Assembly: GCF_007991455.1 (NCBI RefSeq)
Contig: NZ_BJYJ01000003.1
Coordinates: forward strand, 148,715 to 212,714
Direction: 5' to 3'
DNA from: Chryseobacterium hagamense
Lineage (GTDB): Bacteria > Bacteroidota > Bacteroidia > Flavobacteriales > Weeksellaceae
Length of the DNA stretch: 64,000 bases
Below are positions 8,562 through 18,320 of the stretch, one piece after another; the first letter of the stretch is position 1; each line of letters opens with the position of its first letter. The notes below the pieces were generated by a model. That model did not search any database and was not told the origin of the DNA. It saw only the letters and a list, made by a program, of their open reading frames with translations. The position numbers and the translations under genes were made by a program.

Positions 8562-10917
8562 ATGACAAATTTCTCCAATAAACAGGCCTCTGAAAAGCAA
8601 AGGGTTGCCGAAACGGAAGCCCGCCTGAAAGCCCTGATCGAAGCAACTTCGGATGTGGTGTATTCCCTGAGCCCGGACTGGAGCGAGATGCGTGAACTCG
8701 ACGGCAGGCGTTTCCTGAAAGATGCAGCGGTACCGACGACCAGTTGGAAAACGGATAATGTGTATCCTGATGATCTTGATATGGTCAATGCAACCATTGA
8801 AAAATGCATCCGCGAAAAAAAAATATTCCAGCTGGAGCACCGCTTCGTCAGGGCAGACGGAAGAACAGGCTGAACCTCTCCAAAGCCATCCCTATTCTGG
8901 ATGGGGAAGGAAACATCACTGAATGGCTGGGGACGGCCAAGGACATCACCCAGCGAGAAGAAGCGGAGGAAGCCCTTTCCAAAATCAGGGTACGGTCTGA
9001 TCAGCAAAAAAGGCTGTATGAAACCATTGCCTCTTCAACACCGGACCTGCTGTATGTTTTTGATCTCGGTTACCGTTTTACGTATGCCAACAAGGCCCTG
9101 CTGAATATGTGGGGCAGAACATGGGAAGAGTCAATCGGGAAAGGACTGCTGGAAATCGGCTACGAGCCCTGGCATGCCGAAATGCACGAGCGGAAGATCG
9201 ACGAAATCATCAGAACCAGACTTCCCATACGTGGAGAGGTCTCTTTTCCCCACGCTACTCAGGGCACCCGTGTTTACGATTATATTTTCACTCCGGTCCT
9301 GAATGAAAACGGTGAGGTAGAAGCCATTGCCGGCGCAACCCGGGATGTAACCGAACGTAAAAAATGGGAAGAAAACCTGAAGGAGCTCAACAGAAAACTT
9401 GCCGGTACCAACCGTGAGCTTGCCGCAACGCTTGAGGAAGTAGCCAAGGTGAACGATGAATTGATCAGGGCCAATGAAAAAATCGAGGAAGGGCAGATTG
9501 CTTTCCGGCTGGCAGTGGAGGCGGCCAATTTCGGCACCTGGTTCATTCATTCCATCACCCGGGAATTTATTCCCGATGCCCGTTCCAGGGAACTTTTCGG
9601 TTACCGTGAAGATGAACCTTTGTCTCTTGAACAGGCCCTGGCACAGATTACCGATGAATACCGGCCCTATGTTACGGCAAACTTGAAAATGCCATTTACA
9701 ACAACGGCGATCATGATGTTACCTATCCTGTGGTCGGGTATTATGATCAGCGCCTTCGCTGGCTGCGTGCCATCGGAAACCTGAAAGCAGATTCTTCGGG
9801 TACGTTTTCCGCTTTTACCGGCGTTGTGATGGATATCACGGATCAGTATCTTGCGGGTGCCGAAATCAGGCGTGCAGAGGAGAGCCTGAGAATGGCAGTG
9901 GATGCAGCCGGTTTAGGGACGTTCCAGATCGGTGTGGAAGACCGCATCTTTACCTGTTCGCCGAAACTCAAAGAATTTTTCGGATTCCATCCGGATGAAG
10001 AAATGTCTTTTGAAGATGCCATGAAGCAGGTACATCCTGATTTCCGGAACCTGATGGCTGCGAATGCAGAAAAAGCATTTTCAGAAAAAGCCCGCTTTGA
10101 TATGGAGCACCTGATCATCGGCTATCATGATGAAAAGCCGCGTTGGGTACGCGCCATCGGTGAAATACAGCAGAAAGAAGGGAAAGAATATTTTGCAGGT
10201 GTGCTTCATGAAATTACCGAAAAAAAATTAGATGAGATCCGGAAGAACGATTTTATCGGTATCGTAAGCCACGAACTGAAAACCCCGCTTACTTCCATAA
10301 AAACATACATTCAGCTCATGCAGGCCAGGTCTGCAAAAATTGAAGACGGGTATATGGTCAGGATACTGGACAAAGCCGACCTCCAGATTAACAAAATGAA
10401 CACAATGATCAATGGCTTTCTGGATATTTCAAGGCTTGAATCCGGAAAAATACACATCAACAGACAGTGGTTTGATCTTTCAGATCTGCTGAAAGCCGCC
10501 GAAGAGGAAACAAAAGCTACGGTAGACAGCCATATTACTGTTTTTGAACCGATCCGTTCCGTACAGGTAAATGCCGACCGGGATAAAATTGCACAGGTAA
10601 TCCATAACCTCATCAGCAATGCCGTTAAATATTCTCCTGCCGGCAGTACCATCTGGATAAGCTGTACTTCGGATGACCGGTTTGCGTATGTAAGTGTTAA
10701 AGACCAGGGGAAAGGAATTAAAACTGAAGATATTGCCCATATTTTTGACCGGTATTACAGGGTGGAAAATGAAGAAATGCAGTCGATTTCAGGTTTTGGG
10801 ATCGGATTTTATCTGTGTTCGGAAATCATCACCCACCACCACGACTTTATTTCCGTAGAAAGTAATCCCTGCTCTGGATCCGACTTTGTGTTTTCACTTC
10901 CGCTGAATATGGATTAA
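8562..10917 (+). pseudogene. Multi-PAS sensor histidine kinase (PAS-PAS-PAS-HisKA-HATPase_c) interrupted by two -1 frameshifts
   Basis: ORFs 8562-8873, 8804-9784 and 9730-10917 read as one protein. The first junction, ...HRFVRADGRTG* / (R)LNLSKAIPILDGEGNITEWLGTAKDITQREEAE, lies inside a canonical PAS fold. The second junction (ITDEYRPYVTANLK / NAIYNNGDHDVTYPVVGYYDQRLRWLRAIG) lies at about 9676-9690. The H-box is IVSHELKTPLTSI. G-boxes are DQGKGI and GFGIGFY. Confidence 0.6.
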
Positions 10918-10986
10918 CCCTCCTGCCTAAAATATTTCAACCTTCAGCAGTTGTAATAAAAAACTATCTATATTAACAAACAATAT

Positions 10987-11008
10987 TTTGTAGAAATATT
11001 TCTACAAA
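10987..11008. promoter_or_regulatory. Perfect 22-bp palindrome TTTGTAGAAATATTTCTACAAA, 70 nt after the histidine-kinase stop
   Basis: Verified base by base. Followed by ..CATTTCTACATATTTGGTTTTT (a further half-site and a T-run). Could be an operator or a terminator-like hairpin. Confidence 0.35.
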
Positions 11009-11194
11009 TCTGACATTTCATTTCTACATATTTGGTTTTTAAAGTATTGTTAAAATCTATATTTTTGCATTGTACTTAGAGTAAAGAACATGCCGTACAA
11101 AATACTTTTTATTGCATGACTTTTAAAAAACCTGGTAGCCGGAATTATAATTTCATCATAACCGATATTAATGATCTGATGAATTTTGTAAATC

Positions 11195-11397
11195 ATGACC
11201 CTTAAAATCCGGCATGCTTCTTAAATGTTTGTTCTCTTATAAACGGATCGATATTTAAGATGACCTTAAAATCAGGCAATAAGTATTGGAAAACACAATG
11301 TAGATTATATAACCGGATGGATATTGGCCCACCATTTCATCAGGTTAGTTTTAAAAAGTTACAGGAAGCAGAATATGACCCTTAAAGTTCAGCCTTT
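11195..11397 (+). promoter_or_regulatory. Three direct copies of an ATGACC(C)TTAAA[AG]T[CT]..GC motif upstream of the Reg_prop sensor kinase
   Basis: Copies at 11195-11217, 11260-11283 and 11375-11397. Each begins with ATG and opens a very short ORF: MTLKIRHAS*, MTLKSGNKYW... (41 aa), and MTLKVQPFCNFYVFNPVF*. Confidence 0.4.
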
Positions 11398-11522
11398 CTG
11401 TAACTTTTACGTTTTTAATCCTGTTTTTTGATTGGATAAATTTCCCGGCTGTACAGTAAGTTTTTATTAACTTCACTAAAAATGCAGGCGCGTAACCGGT
11501 CAAGTAATAAATTAATGTATTA

Positions 11523-14500
11523 TTGCAACAAAATTTGATTTTGTCCAACAGGCTGTTGTTTTTTCTCTTCATTCTCCTCTGCCTGCCTCTTTATGGCCAG
11601 CAGTACAGCCTTACGCATTACAATACGGATAACGGGCTTCCGCAAAACAGTGTAAAAGACATCACCAAAGACAAATATGGCTTTATATGGCTGACTACCG
11701 AAAACGGTGTTGTACGCTATGACGGCTCTGCATTTCTGGTTTTCAAGGATTTTCCGATCAACAACCAGCGTTTTACCTTTTTTTACGGCAATATCAAAAA
11801 CGACAGCATACTTACCGGTGCCGGCTATCACACCATCCTGCTTAATAAAAGGACGGCAAAAGTCTTTAAAGATTCCCGGCATTCCGGCATACGCTATGAA
11901 TATGGCCCTCATCATAAACGGTTTCCCGTAAGCTATAATTACCATCCTAATCAGGGAGGTTCTTTTTATCTGATGCTTAAAGAAGGACGTTATTTTATAA
12001 CCGATTCTTCCGTTACATACCAACAGCCGGTCTCTCTGAAGGAAACCTCGCTCAGGCTTAAAACGGTATTCAAAAATAGAAATACCGTTTTCACACTAGA
12101 TGAAAAGCTCTACAATATTAATTATGCTACAGGAAAAGTATGCAGGATCACCAAAGGAAAAATAACGGCGTCTTATGATATTCCGCTTTTAACGGATAAA
12201 AACAGTCTGGTCTTATGGAGCCAGATCAACAATGCCGTATTTATCGTTAAGGACCAAAAAATCTATACCCTCTCTCATGAAAAAGAACATTTCAGGATAG
12301 ACAGGCTTGCCGAACTGGGCACGCTCAACGTTCAGCATCTAACATGCGCTTTTTATGATAAAACGTATGACAAACTGTACCTCGGAAGCAGTATCGAAGG
12401 AATGAAGGTGCTGAGTTTCCATCAGTTTTTTTCAACAAAAGAACAGGACAGCAACACTACCGTATTCTATTCTACCCTGCCCTATGATCATGCAAGTGTA
12501 ATCACTCCGAAAGGCCAGATCTACAGCCGGAACGGCATGCTCGCAGACAAAGTATTTGAAACGGACAGTCAGTATTTCGTAAGCTACGATCCGGATAAGA
12601 ACATCATCGTACAGGACTCGGGAAAAATATACGCCTATCTGAAGTCTTCTTCTTTTTCAACCCGCCGCCTCATTACGGAAATCCCGGATATTTTCGTAGA
12701 TTTTATCCATGACCAGCAGCGGTATTATGCAATTACCCGTCCTACATCAAGGCAGTATACCGGAGGGCATCTGGTGATTTATAAAGACCGCTCATTCAGC
12801 AGGATAGAAAAGCGTATTCCTTTATCGGCCGAACCGACCAAGCTTTTTATGGCCAATGGTTTCCTGTGGGTCGGAACCATCAGGGGAATGGTTAAAATCT
12901 CCTTAGATTCCTACCGGAAGGAGAATATTGGTCCCTACAAAGATATTTATATCCGGAACATTGTCAGGAGCAACAATGGCCGCCTGTGGATTACGACACT
13001 GGGAAAAGGATTTTATCTGCTGAAAAACAATGAACTCATCAAAATGCCGCTGGATGCAGACAAAAACTTACTGTCGGCGCACACCATTATGGAAGATGAA
13101 AAACATTTTTTATGGATCCCGACGAACAACGGCCTCTATAAAGTGCATGAGCAGAAACTTCTGGAAGCCGCTGACGGTAAAAAAAACGAAGTCAGCTACT
13201 ACCGGTATACAAAGGATGCCGGATTTAATACCAATGAATTCAACGGCGGCAGCAACATCTGCGGAAACCGGTTGAAAAACGGTGATTTCGTCCTGCCTTC
13301 ACTGGACGGACTGGTCTTCTTCAATCCGCTGAAAACAAAAAGCAGATACCCTGAGGATTTTTATCTGGAAAGAGCCCTGGTCGATGGAAAAGAAATCAGG
13401 TTTTCAGAAGGTTTCACCGTTGATCAGGAAGTACAGAAGATCGATATTTTCATCGACGTCCCTTATTTTGCCAACCGGAACAATGTGGTAATCAAGCTGA
13501 ACCGCGGCACGGGAAATAGGTGGGAAAACATCGAACCGGGTATGAAGATTTCCCTTTTCAACCCTTCTTACGGCGATTATGGGTACACCCTTAAAATCCT
13601 TACCTCAGACAACGGGAACTGCATCTATAAAAAAATCCGGATCCGGGTTACTCCCTATTTTTATCAGACAGTATGGTTTAAATTGGCCGGGCTTCTGCTC
13701 CTGTCCATGCTGATTGTTTTCATCATTAAAATCCGGACCCGAATTTTAAAGAACAAAAACCTGATGCTGGAAGAGATCATTGAAGCACGTACCCAAAAAC
13801 TTTCTGCTGCCATAGAAAATCTTGAAAAGACCAAAAGCCAGCTGAATAATGAGATTGAACAGCAGAAAAAACTGATCGGCACCATTACCCATGACATTAC
13901 GACACCCATTAAATTTATTGCATTTGCCGCTCAGGATATTTTAGACAACGGTGAGCATGATGAAGAAAAGCTGCGCCGGATTCTTACTTCCATTTCAAAG
14001 TCTTCCGGACAGCTGTACAATTTCACTCTTGCCCTGAAAGAATATGCAGACATCTATAACCATCACAGGAGCAGCCAGAAAGAAAGGTACAGGCTGTACG
14101 ATCTGATCGAGGAAAAAAAAGAACTTTTTGACCCGATTGCCGTTGACCGCAATACCGTAATTGAGAACGGCGTCAACCCGGGTATTTACCTGGACATCAA
14201 TAAAAATACATTATCCGTCATCATTCATAATCTGCTGGATAATGCCGTAAAATTTACCAGGCAGGGCCATATCCGCATTGAATCCGGGACTGAGGAGGAT
14301 TCTGCTGTTATCGTGATTAAAGACAACGGCATTGGCATGAGTCCTTCGCAAATGGAGTATTATACTTCGCTTCACCGGAATATGGATGACAAGAAACTGC
14401 TGCTCCAGAAATACGGCATGGGCCTGCACCTCGTCCTGCAGCTGATCCACATCCTGGACGGAAAAATCGAACTGGAAAGCAATACGCCTTCCGGCACTGT

Positions 14501-14537
14501 TTTCAGAATCATAATAAAAAGTATAACCGATGCATAA
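11523..14537 (+). CDS. Sensor histidine kinase with periplasmic two-component-regulator propeller (Reg_prop) repeats and a Y_Y_Y domain
   Basis: Signal-peptide-like N-terminus, a long beta-propeller region, a TM segment VWFKLAGLLLLSMLIVFII, a coiled coil, an H-box ITHDITTPIKFI and an HATPase_c (HNLLDNAVKFT, DNGIGM, GMGLHL). No receiver domain. Confidence 0.85.
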   Translation: MQQNLILSNRLLFFLFILLCLPLYGQQYSLTHYNTDNGLPQNSVKDITKDKYGFIWLTTENGVVRYDGSAFLVFKDFPINNQRFTFFYGNIKNDSILTGAGYHTILLNKRTAKVFKDSRHSGIRYEYGPHHKRFPVSYNYHPNQGGSFYLMLKEGRYFITDSSVTYQQPVSLKETSLRLKTVFKNRNTVFTLDEKLYNINYATGKVCRITKGKITASYDIPLLTDKNSLVLWSQINNAVFIVKDQKIYTLSHEKEHFRIDRLAELGTLNVQHLTCAFYDKTYDKLYLGSSIEGMKVLSFHQFFSTKEQDSNTTVFYSTLPYDHASVITPKGQIYSRNGMLADKVFETDSQYFVSYDPDKNIIVQDSGKIYAYLKSSSFSTRRLITEIPDIFVDFIHDQQRYYAITRPTSRQYTGGHLVIYKDRSFSRIEKRIPLSAEPTKLFMANGFLWVGTIRGMVKISLDSYRKENIGPYKDIYIRNIVRSNNGRLWITTLGKGFYLLKNNELIKMPLDADKNLLSAHTIMEDEKHFLWIPTNNGLYKVHEQKLLEAADGKKNEVSYYRYTKDAGFNTNEFNGGSNICGNRLKNGDFVLPSLDGLVFFNPLKTKSRYPEDFYLERALVDGKEIRFSEGFTVDQEVQKIDIFIDVPYFANRNNVVIKLNRGTGNRWENIEPGMKISLFNPSYGDYGYTLKILTSDNGNCIYKKIRIRVTPYFYQTVWFKLAGLLLLSMLIVFIIKIRTRILKNKNLMLEEIIEARTQKLSAAIENLEKTKSQLNNEIEQQKKLIGTITHDITTPIKFIAFAAQDILDNGEHDEEKLRRILTSISKSSGQLYNFTLALKEYADIYNHHRSSQKERYRLYDLIEEKKELFDPIAVDRNTVIENGVNPGIYLDINKNTLSVIIHNLLDNAVKFTRQGHIRIESGTEEDSAVIVIKDNGIGMSPSQMEYYTSLHRNMDDKKLLLQKYGMGLHLVLQLIHILDGKIELESNTPSGTVFRIIIKSITDA

Positions 14538-15165
14538 AAGAATTCTTATTGCTGATGATCATGACATTGTTTTAACCGGTACCAGCCTCATCCTGGAATC
14601 AAAGATCAGAAATATTACGATAGACACGGCAGAAAACTATCTTGAAGTATTGGAAAAAATGGCCCTGCAACCCTTCGATCTGATTATATTGGACATCAAT
14701 ATGCCGGAAAGCAGAAACAAAAGGATGATTTCGGAAATCAAATCGATCTGCGCCAGTACCAGAATCCTGATATTCTCTGTGCACGATGAGTCTGTAGCGC
14801 TGCAGTACATTCAGGAAGGAGCAGACGGTTACCTGAACAAACTCAGCAAAGTCGAGGAAATTGCGGAAGCGGTAAAAAAAATTCTTGAGGAAGGCCATTA
14901 TTATCCGCTGAAAATTACGCAATACCTCCTTAAAACGTCAAACATGCTTCACCAGGTGAATCCTCTGGAAAAATTATCGGATCGTGAGCACCAGATTCTT
15001 CATCTCATGGCCAGAGGCGAAGGCAATCTGGAAATTTCCAACATCCTTAATATCCAGATGCCCACCATCAGCACGTATAAAAAGAGGATTTATAAAAAGC
15101 TCGGGACCAGCAATATTGCAGACCTGATAAAAATCTATGAGAACTTTTCCGGGGAAAACAGATAA
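14530..15165 (+). CDS. Response regulator, NarL/FixJ (LuxR-type HTH) family
   Basis: Receiver domain ILIADDHDIV...DLIILDINMP. C-terminal LuxR HTH (LSDREHQILHLMARGEGNLEISNIL...STYKKRIYKKLG). Its start overlaps the histidine-kinase stop (ATGCATAA). Confidence 0.85.
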   Translation: MHKRILIADDHDIVLTGTSLILESKIRNITIDTAENYLEVLEKMALQPFDLIILDINMPESRNKRMISEIKSICASTRILIFSVHDESVALQYIQEGADGYLNKLSKVEEIAEAVKKILEEGHYYPLKITQYLLKTSNMLHQVNPLEKLSDREHQILHLMARGEGNLEISNILNIQMPTISTYKKRIYKKLGTSNIADLIKIYENFSGENR

Positions 15166-15605
15166 ATCTAAGATTTAGAATAACCAATTAGACCAGCGAT
15201 TATCTCATAAACAGAAATGTACTATGCTGAGCATGCTGAAAATATTGAATTGCATTAATTGTATTGTATATCAGATTCTGTGATTGCTCGATAGGCATTT
15301 AGAGATAAGGAAAACGTAGTAGTACCGGCGGTTAAGGCTTTTGATCTTTATGTTGAACGTAAGAATATCCGGCTCCCTTCCTCTCTGTTTCATTATTTGA
15401 TCTGATCCATATCTTCAGTTTACAGCGGACGGGAGAAAAATAATCAGCTCCGGGTCATCCTTTGATCCGGATTGGCAGTAAAGTTGTATCTCTACCTCAG
15501 GCAAAACCGGAAAAATAAGGAAGTTTCATACTCAATCCGCTTTGCCGGATGCCGGATCAGACAGCGGCATTCCTATTACGTAAATCCATCAAAACAATAC
15601 ATAAA

Positions 15606-16286
15606 ATGAAAGTATTATTTGTCGTAACGTCACATGACGAACTCGGAAACACAGGAAAAAAAACAGGATTTTGGGTAGAAGAATTTGCAGCCCCCTATTA
15701 TTCGCTGAAGGATGCAGGATTCGATATCGTAGTAGCTACCCCGAAAGGCGGGCAGGCACCGATTGACCCTAAAAGTGAAGATCCTGATGCACAGACGCCT
15801 GCCACGGAAAGGTATTATCAGGATAAAGAAGTACAGCAGATCATTGCCGGTACGCAGAAATTAAGCGATCAAAAAGCGGAAGATTTCGATGCCGTATTTT
15901 ATCCGGGAGGACATGGACCTCTATGGGATCTGGCCAACGACCAGGATTCCCGGAAACTGATCCTAGACTTCTACAACAGCAAAAAACCTATTGCTGCCGT
16001 ATGCCATGCGCCGGGCGTTTTCAAAAATATACAACTGGAAAACGGCGAACCGTTTGTTAAAGGGAAAAAAGTAACCGGTTTTTCAAATACCGAGGAAGAA
16101 GCGGTACAGCTTACCGAAGTGGTGCCCTTTCTGGTAGAGGATGAATTGAAAAATGCCGGAGGAGAATATTCCAAAACCGATGACTGGGAAATCCATGTTG
16201 TACAGGACGGTCTCCTGATCACCGGCCAGAATCCAGCCTCATCCGAAGAAGCTGCCAAGAAACTGATGGCCGCTTTAAAGAAATAA
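15606..16286 (+). CDS. DJ-1/PfpI family protein (type 1 glutamine amidotransferase-like)
   Basis: MKVLFVVTSHDELGNTGKKTGFW... with the nucleophile elbow AAVCHAP. The ORF track starts at 15549, but the internal Met at 15606 gives the canonical N-terminus. Confidence 0.8.
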   Translation: MKVLFVVTSHDELGNTGKKTGFWVEEFAAPYYSLKDAGFDIVVATPKGGQAPIDPKSEDPDAQTPATERYYQDKEVQQIIAGTQKLSDQKAEDFDAVFYPGGHGPLWDLANDQDSRKLILDFYNSKKPIAAVCHAPGVFKNIQLENGEPFVKGKKVTGFSNTEEEAVQLTEVVPFLVEDELKNAGGEYSKTDDWEIHVVQDGLLITGQNPASSEEAAKKLMAALKK

Positions 16287-16312
16287 AATAAGCTGAAAAA
16301 GTTCAGCAGTTT

Positions 16313-16361
16313 CCATCATTCCGGATAAAGGTGTCTTCATCCGGAATGATGGATTTTTTTT
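16313..16361 (+). terminator. Rho-independent terminator after the DJ-1 gene
   Basis: 13-bp stem CATCATTCCGGAT / ATCCGGAATGATG with a 12-nt loop, followed by ATTTTTTTTG. Confidence 0.7.
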
Positions 16362-16608
16362 GTGCTGATATATTTGATTGGTTTTCTGCTCAGATTCAAA
16401 AGCCTTTTAGATTTTGATCCAGAAACGCTCCGTTATTTCTCTTAATTTTCTGAATTAAAACAAACCGGTTTACTCATTTTATTGCGATGATTCATGAAAC
16501 CGCTGAGCAACCGGCCCACTGATTTCCTAAGCTAAAAATCTTAATTTCAATAGTGAAAATATAGGCTGAATTCAAGCAGTCAAGTCATTAATCAGCAGCA
16601 ACCGGATT

Positions 16609-17106
16609 TTAGTTGATATCCTCCAGACTGCGGATCATCCAGATGGTACAGGAATCATGTCCGGAATTGCACAACGGCTGTTCCAGCAACCGGAACCCTG
16701 ATTTTTCATACATTTTTACAGCTTTCGAGAACTCCGGCAGGCTTTCCAGGTATACCTTCTCATATCCCATTTCTTTTGCACTGGCAATGCTTTTCATCAT
16801 CAGGCTTTTTCCGAGTCCTATGCCTCTGGCCTCCGGACGGAGATAAAATTTGGCCAGCTCCGCACATCCTTCCGGTAATCCTTCCGTGGGATAAATTCCG
16901 CAGCATCCGGAGATAACGCCATCAGCTTCTCCTACCCAAAGCACGGATTTTTCTTTCCTGAATAACGTATATAAATCGAAAACGGCAGGATCGGAATAGA
17001 CCGTTCCTTCTTTCGGGGCGTTAAATTCTGTAAAGGTATTCCTGATCAGTAGTGCAAGTGCTTCATTGTCTGACTTTTCAACTTTTCTGATAACGATCTT
17101 CTCCAT
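16609..17106 (-). CDS. GNAT family N-acetyltransferase
   Basis: Acetyl-CoA-binding motif RPEARGIGLGKSLM. The internal Met (MEKIVIRKV) is taken as the start. Confidence 0.75.
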   Translation of the reverse strand: MEKIVIRKVEKSDNEALALLIRNTFTEFNAPKEGTVYSDPAVFDLYTLFRKEKSVLWVGEADGVISGCCGIYPTEGLPEGCAELAKFYLRPEARGIGLGKSLMMKSIASAKEMGYEKVYLESLPEFSKAVKMYEKSGFRLLEQPLCNSGHDSCTIWMIRSLEDIN

Positions 17107-17435
17107 AATAGCTCTAATTGATTCAAAATTACTGCAATCCTTTTCAGCAGACAAAAAATTCCGTAAAAACATCCGATTTGAGTCCGGATTTCTTAAAGAG
17201 TTTGATTTAACCTTACAAAAAATACCATTTGACCTTTAGAACGTCCTGATACAACCGGAAAATTTTCCCGCTCCGCTTCCCTCTTTCAACACTTCAAATC
17301 TGATTAAATAAATTCAGTTTGACAAATAAGAGACGATTCGTATAATCATCAACGCCTTTATCGCATTTATGACAGAATGAACTTCCATCATCCAGCTTCC
17401 CTCTTCCAGCTTGTCACTATTCTTCCTACTTTGGG

Positions 17436-17456
17436 TTCACGTTAACTTAACGTGAA
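17436..17456. promoter_or_regulatory. 21-bp palindrome TTCACGTTAA-C-TTAACGTGAA in a 770-bp noncoding region
   Basis: 10-bp arms are perfect with a 1-nt centre. The TCACGTTAA half-site recurs at about 17871 and about 8241. Confidence 0.3.
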
Positions 17457-17875
17457 TTCGATCTTATAAAATCATATTCAGGATTTTACTTAATTCAGGA
17501 ATTAAGGTGGATTCATTCGGGATTTTAAACAGAATTTCTTCTGGCGGAAGGAAGGAATGGTTCACTCTTCTGATAGGATTTTATCCTATACTGTATTAAG
17601 CCGTCCCTCCGGGACTTTAAGACAACATAAAATCATCCATATTCAATTCATATTCAATATTTTAAATAACATGAAACCGTTCATATCAATACTATATTCA
17701 GATATTTAATTAATTCAAAAATAAAATTGAGATTATCTTATTCAGGATTAAATAAGAACTTCATCTGACAAAACGACAAAATGTATATGATCAATAGGAT
17801 CTGCAACCCTGTTTTTGACAAGATAAACTTCCGGCATCCGGCATCCCTCTTCCAGCCTTTTCATCCGAAGTCACG

Positions 17876-18262
17876 TTAACTTATATCCCGGATTGAAATA
17901 ATTTCGCCCTTTTCAAAAGTAAACTCGGAGACACCTCTTAATTTCAGCATTTCCCCTTTCTTCATTCCATTGGGAAAATCAGCGGCAAGTTTTCCGGTAT
18001 AGTCAATTTCTGCAGTTACGGTATTGCCGTGACAACTCATTTTTTCGATTTTTTGGTGCCGTTCCGAGAAATAAGCCACTGCTGCTTCGGCCTGCTTTTT
18101 AAAATTTTCAATTCCTGTAATGTTCATTTCCACATTTCCGCCGGAGATGTTTTCAAAGATAATCCCGTCACTGAGCTGGCGGCACATCCCGCTAACATCG
18201 AAACGGTTGTATGCACCGATATAGTTTTCTATCGCAGCCAGGTAATGCGCATTTATTTCCAT
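17876..18262 (-). CDS. NTF2-like / SnoaL-like small protein
   Basis: 128 aa. The N-terminal ...YIGAYNRFDVSGM... pattern resembles nuclear-transport-factor-2 fold proteins. Weak assignment. Confidence 0.5.
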   Translation of the reverse strand: MEINAHYLAAIENYIGAYNRFDVSGMCRQLSDGIIFENISGGNVEMNITGIENFKKQAEAAVAYFSERHQKIEKMSCHGNTVTAEIDYTGKLAADFPNGMKKGEMLKLRGVSEFTFEKGEIISIRDIS

Positions 18263-18320
18263 TAAGATCCATTTAAAATTGCAGATAAAAATACGGAAAT
18301 CCGGATGAAAAAAAGATCAG

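Noticed and set aside
15549-15605. Longer N-terminal extension of the DJ-1/PfpI protein (ORF-track start). The same question arose for cry-DASH at 24558, the SDR-DUF2867 gene at 27418, the ABC ATPase at 29960, the GNAT gene at 17172, the patatin gene at 34832 and the GH3 gene at 40670.
   Set aside because: In each case the internal Met gives the canonical family N-terminus or a signal peptide. The upstream extension has no support.
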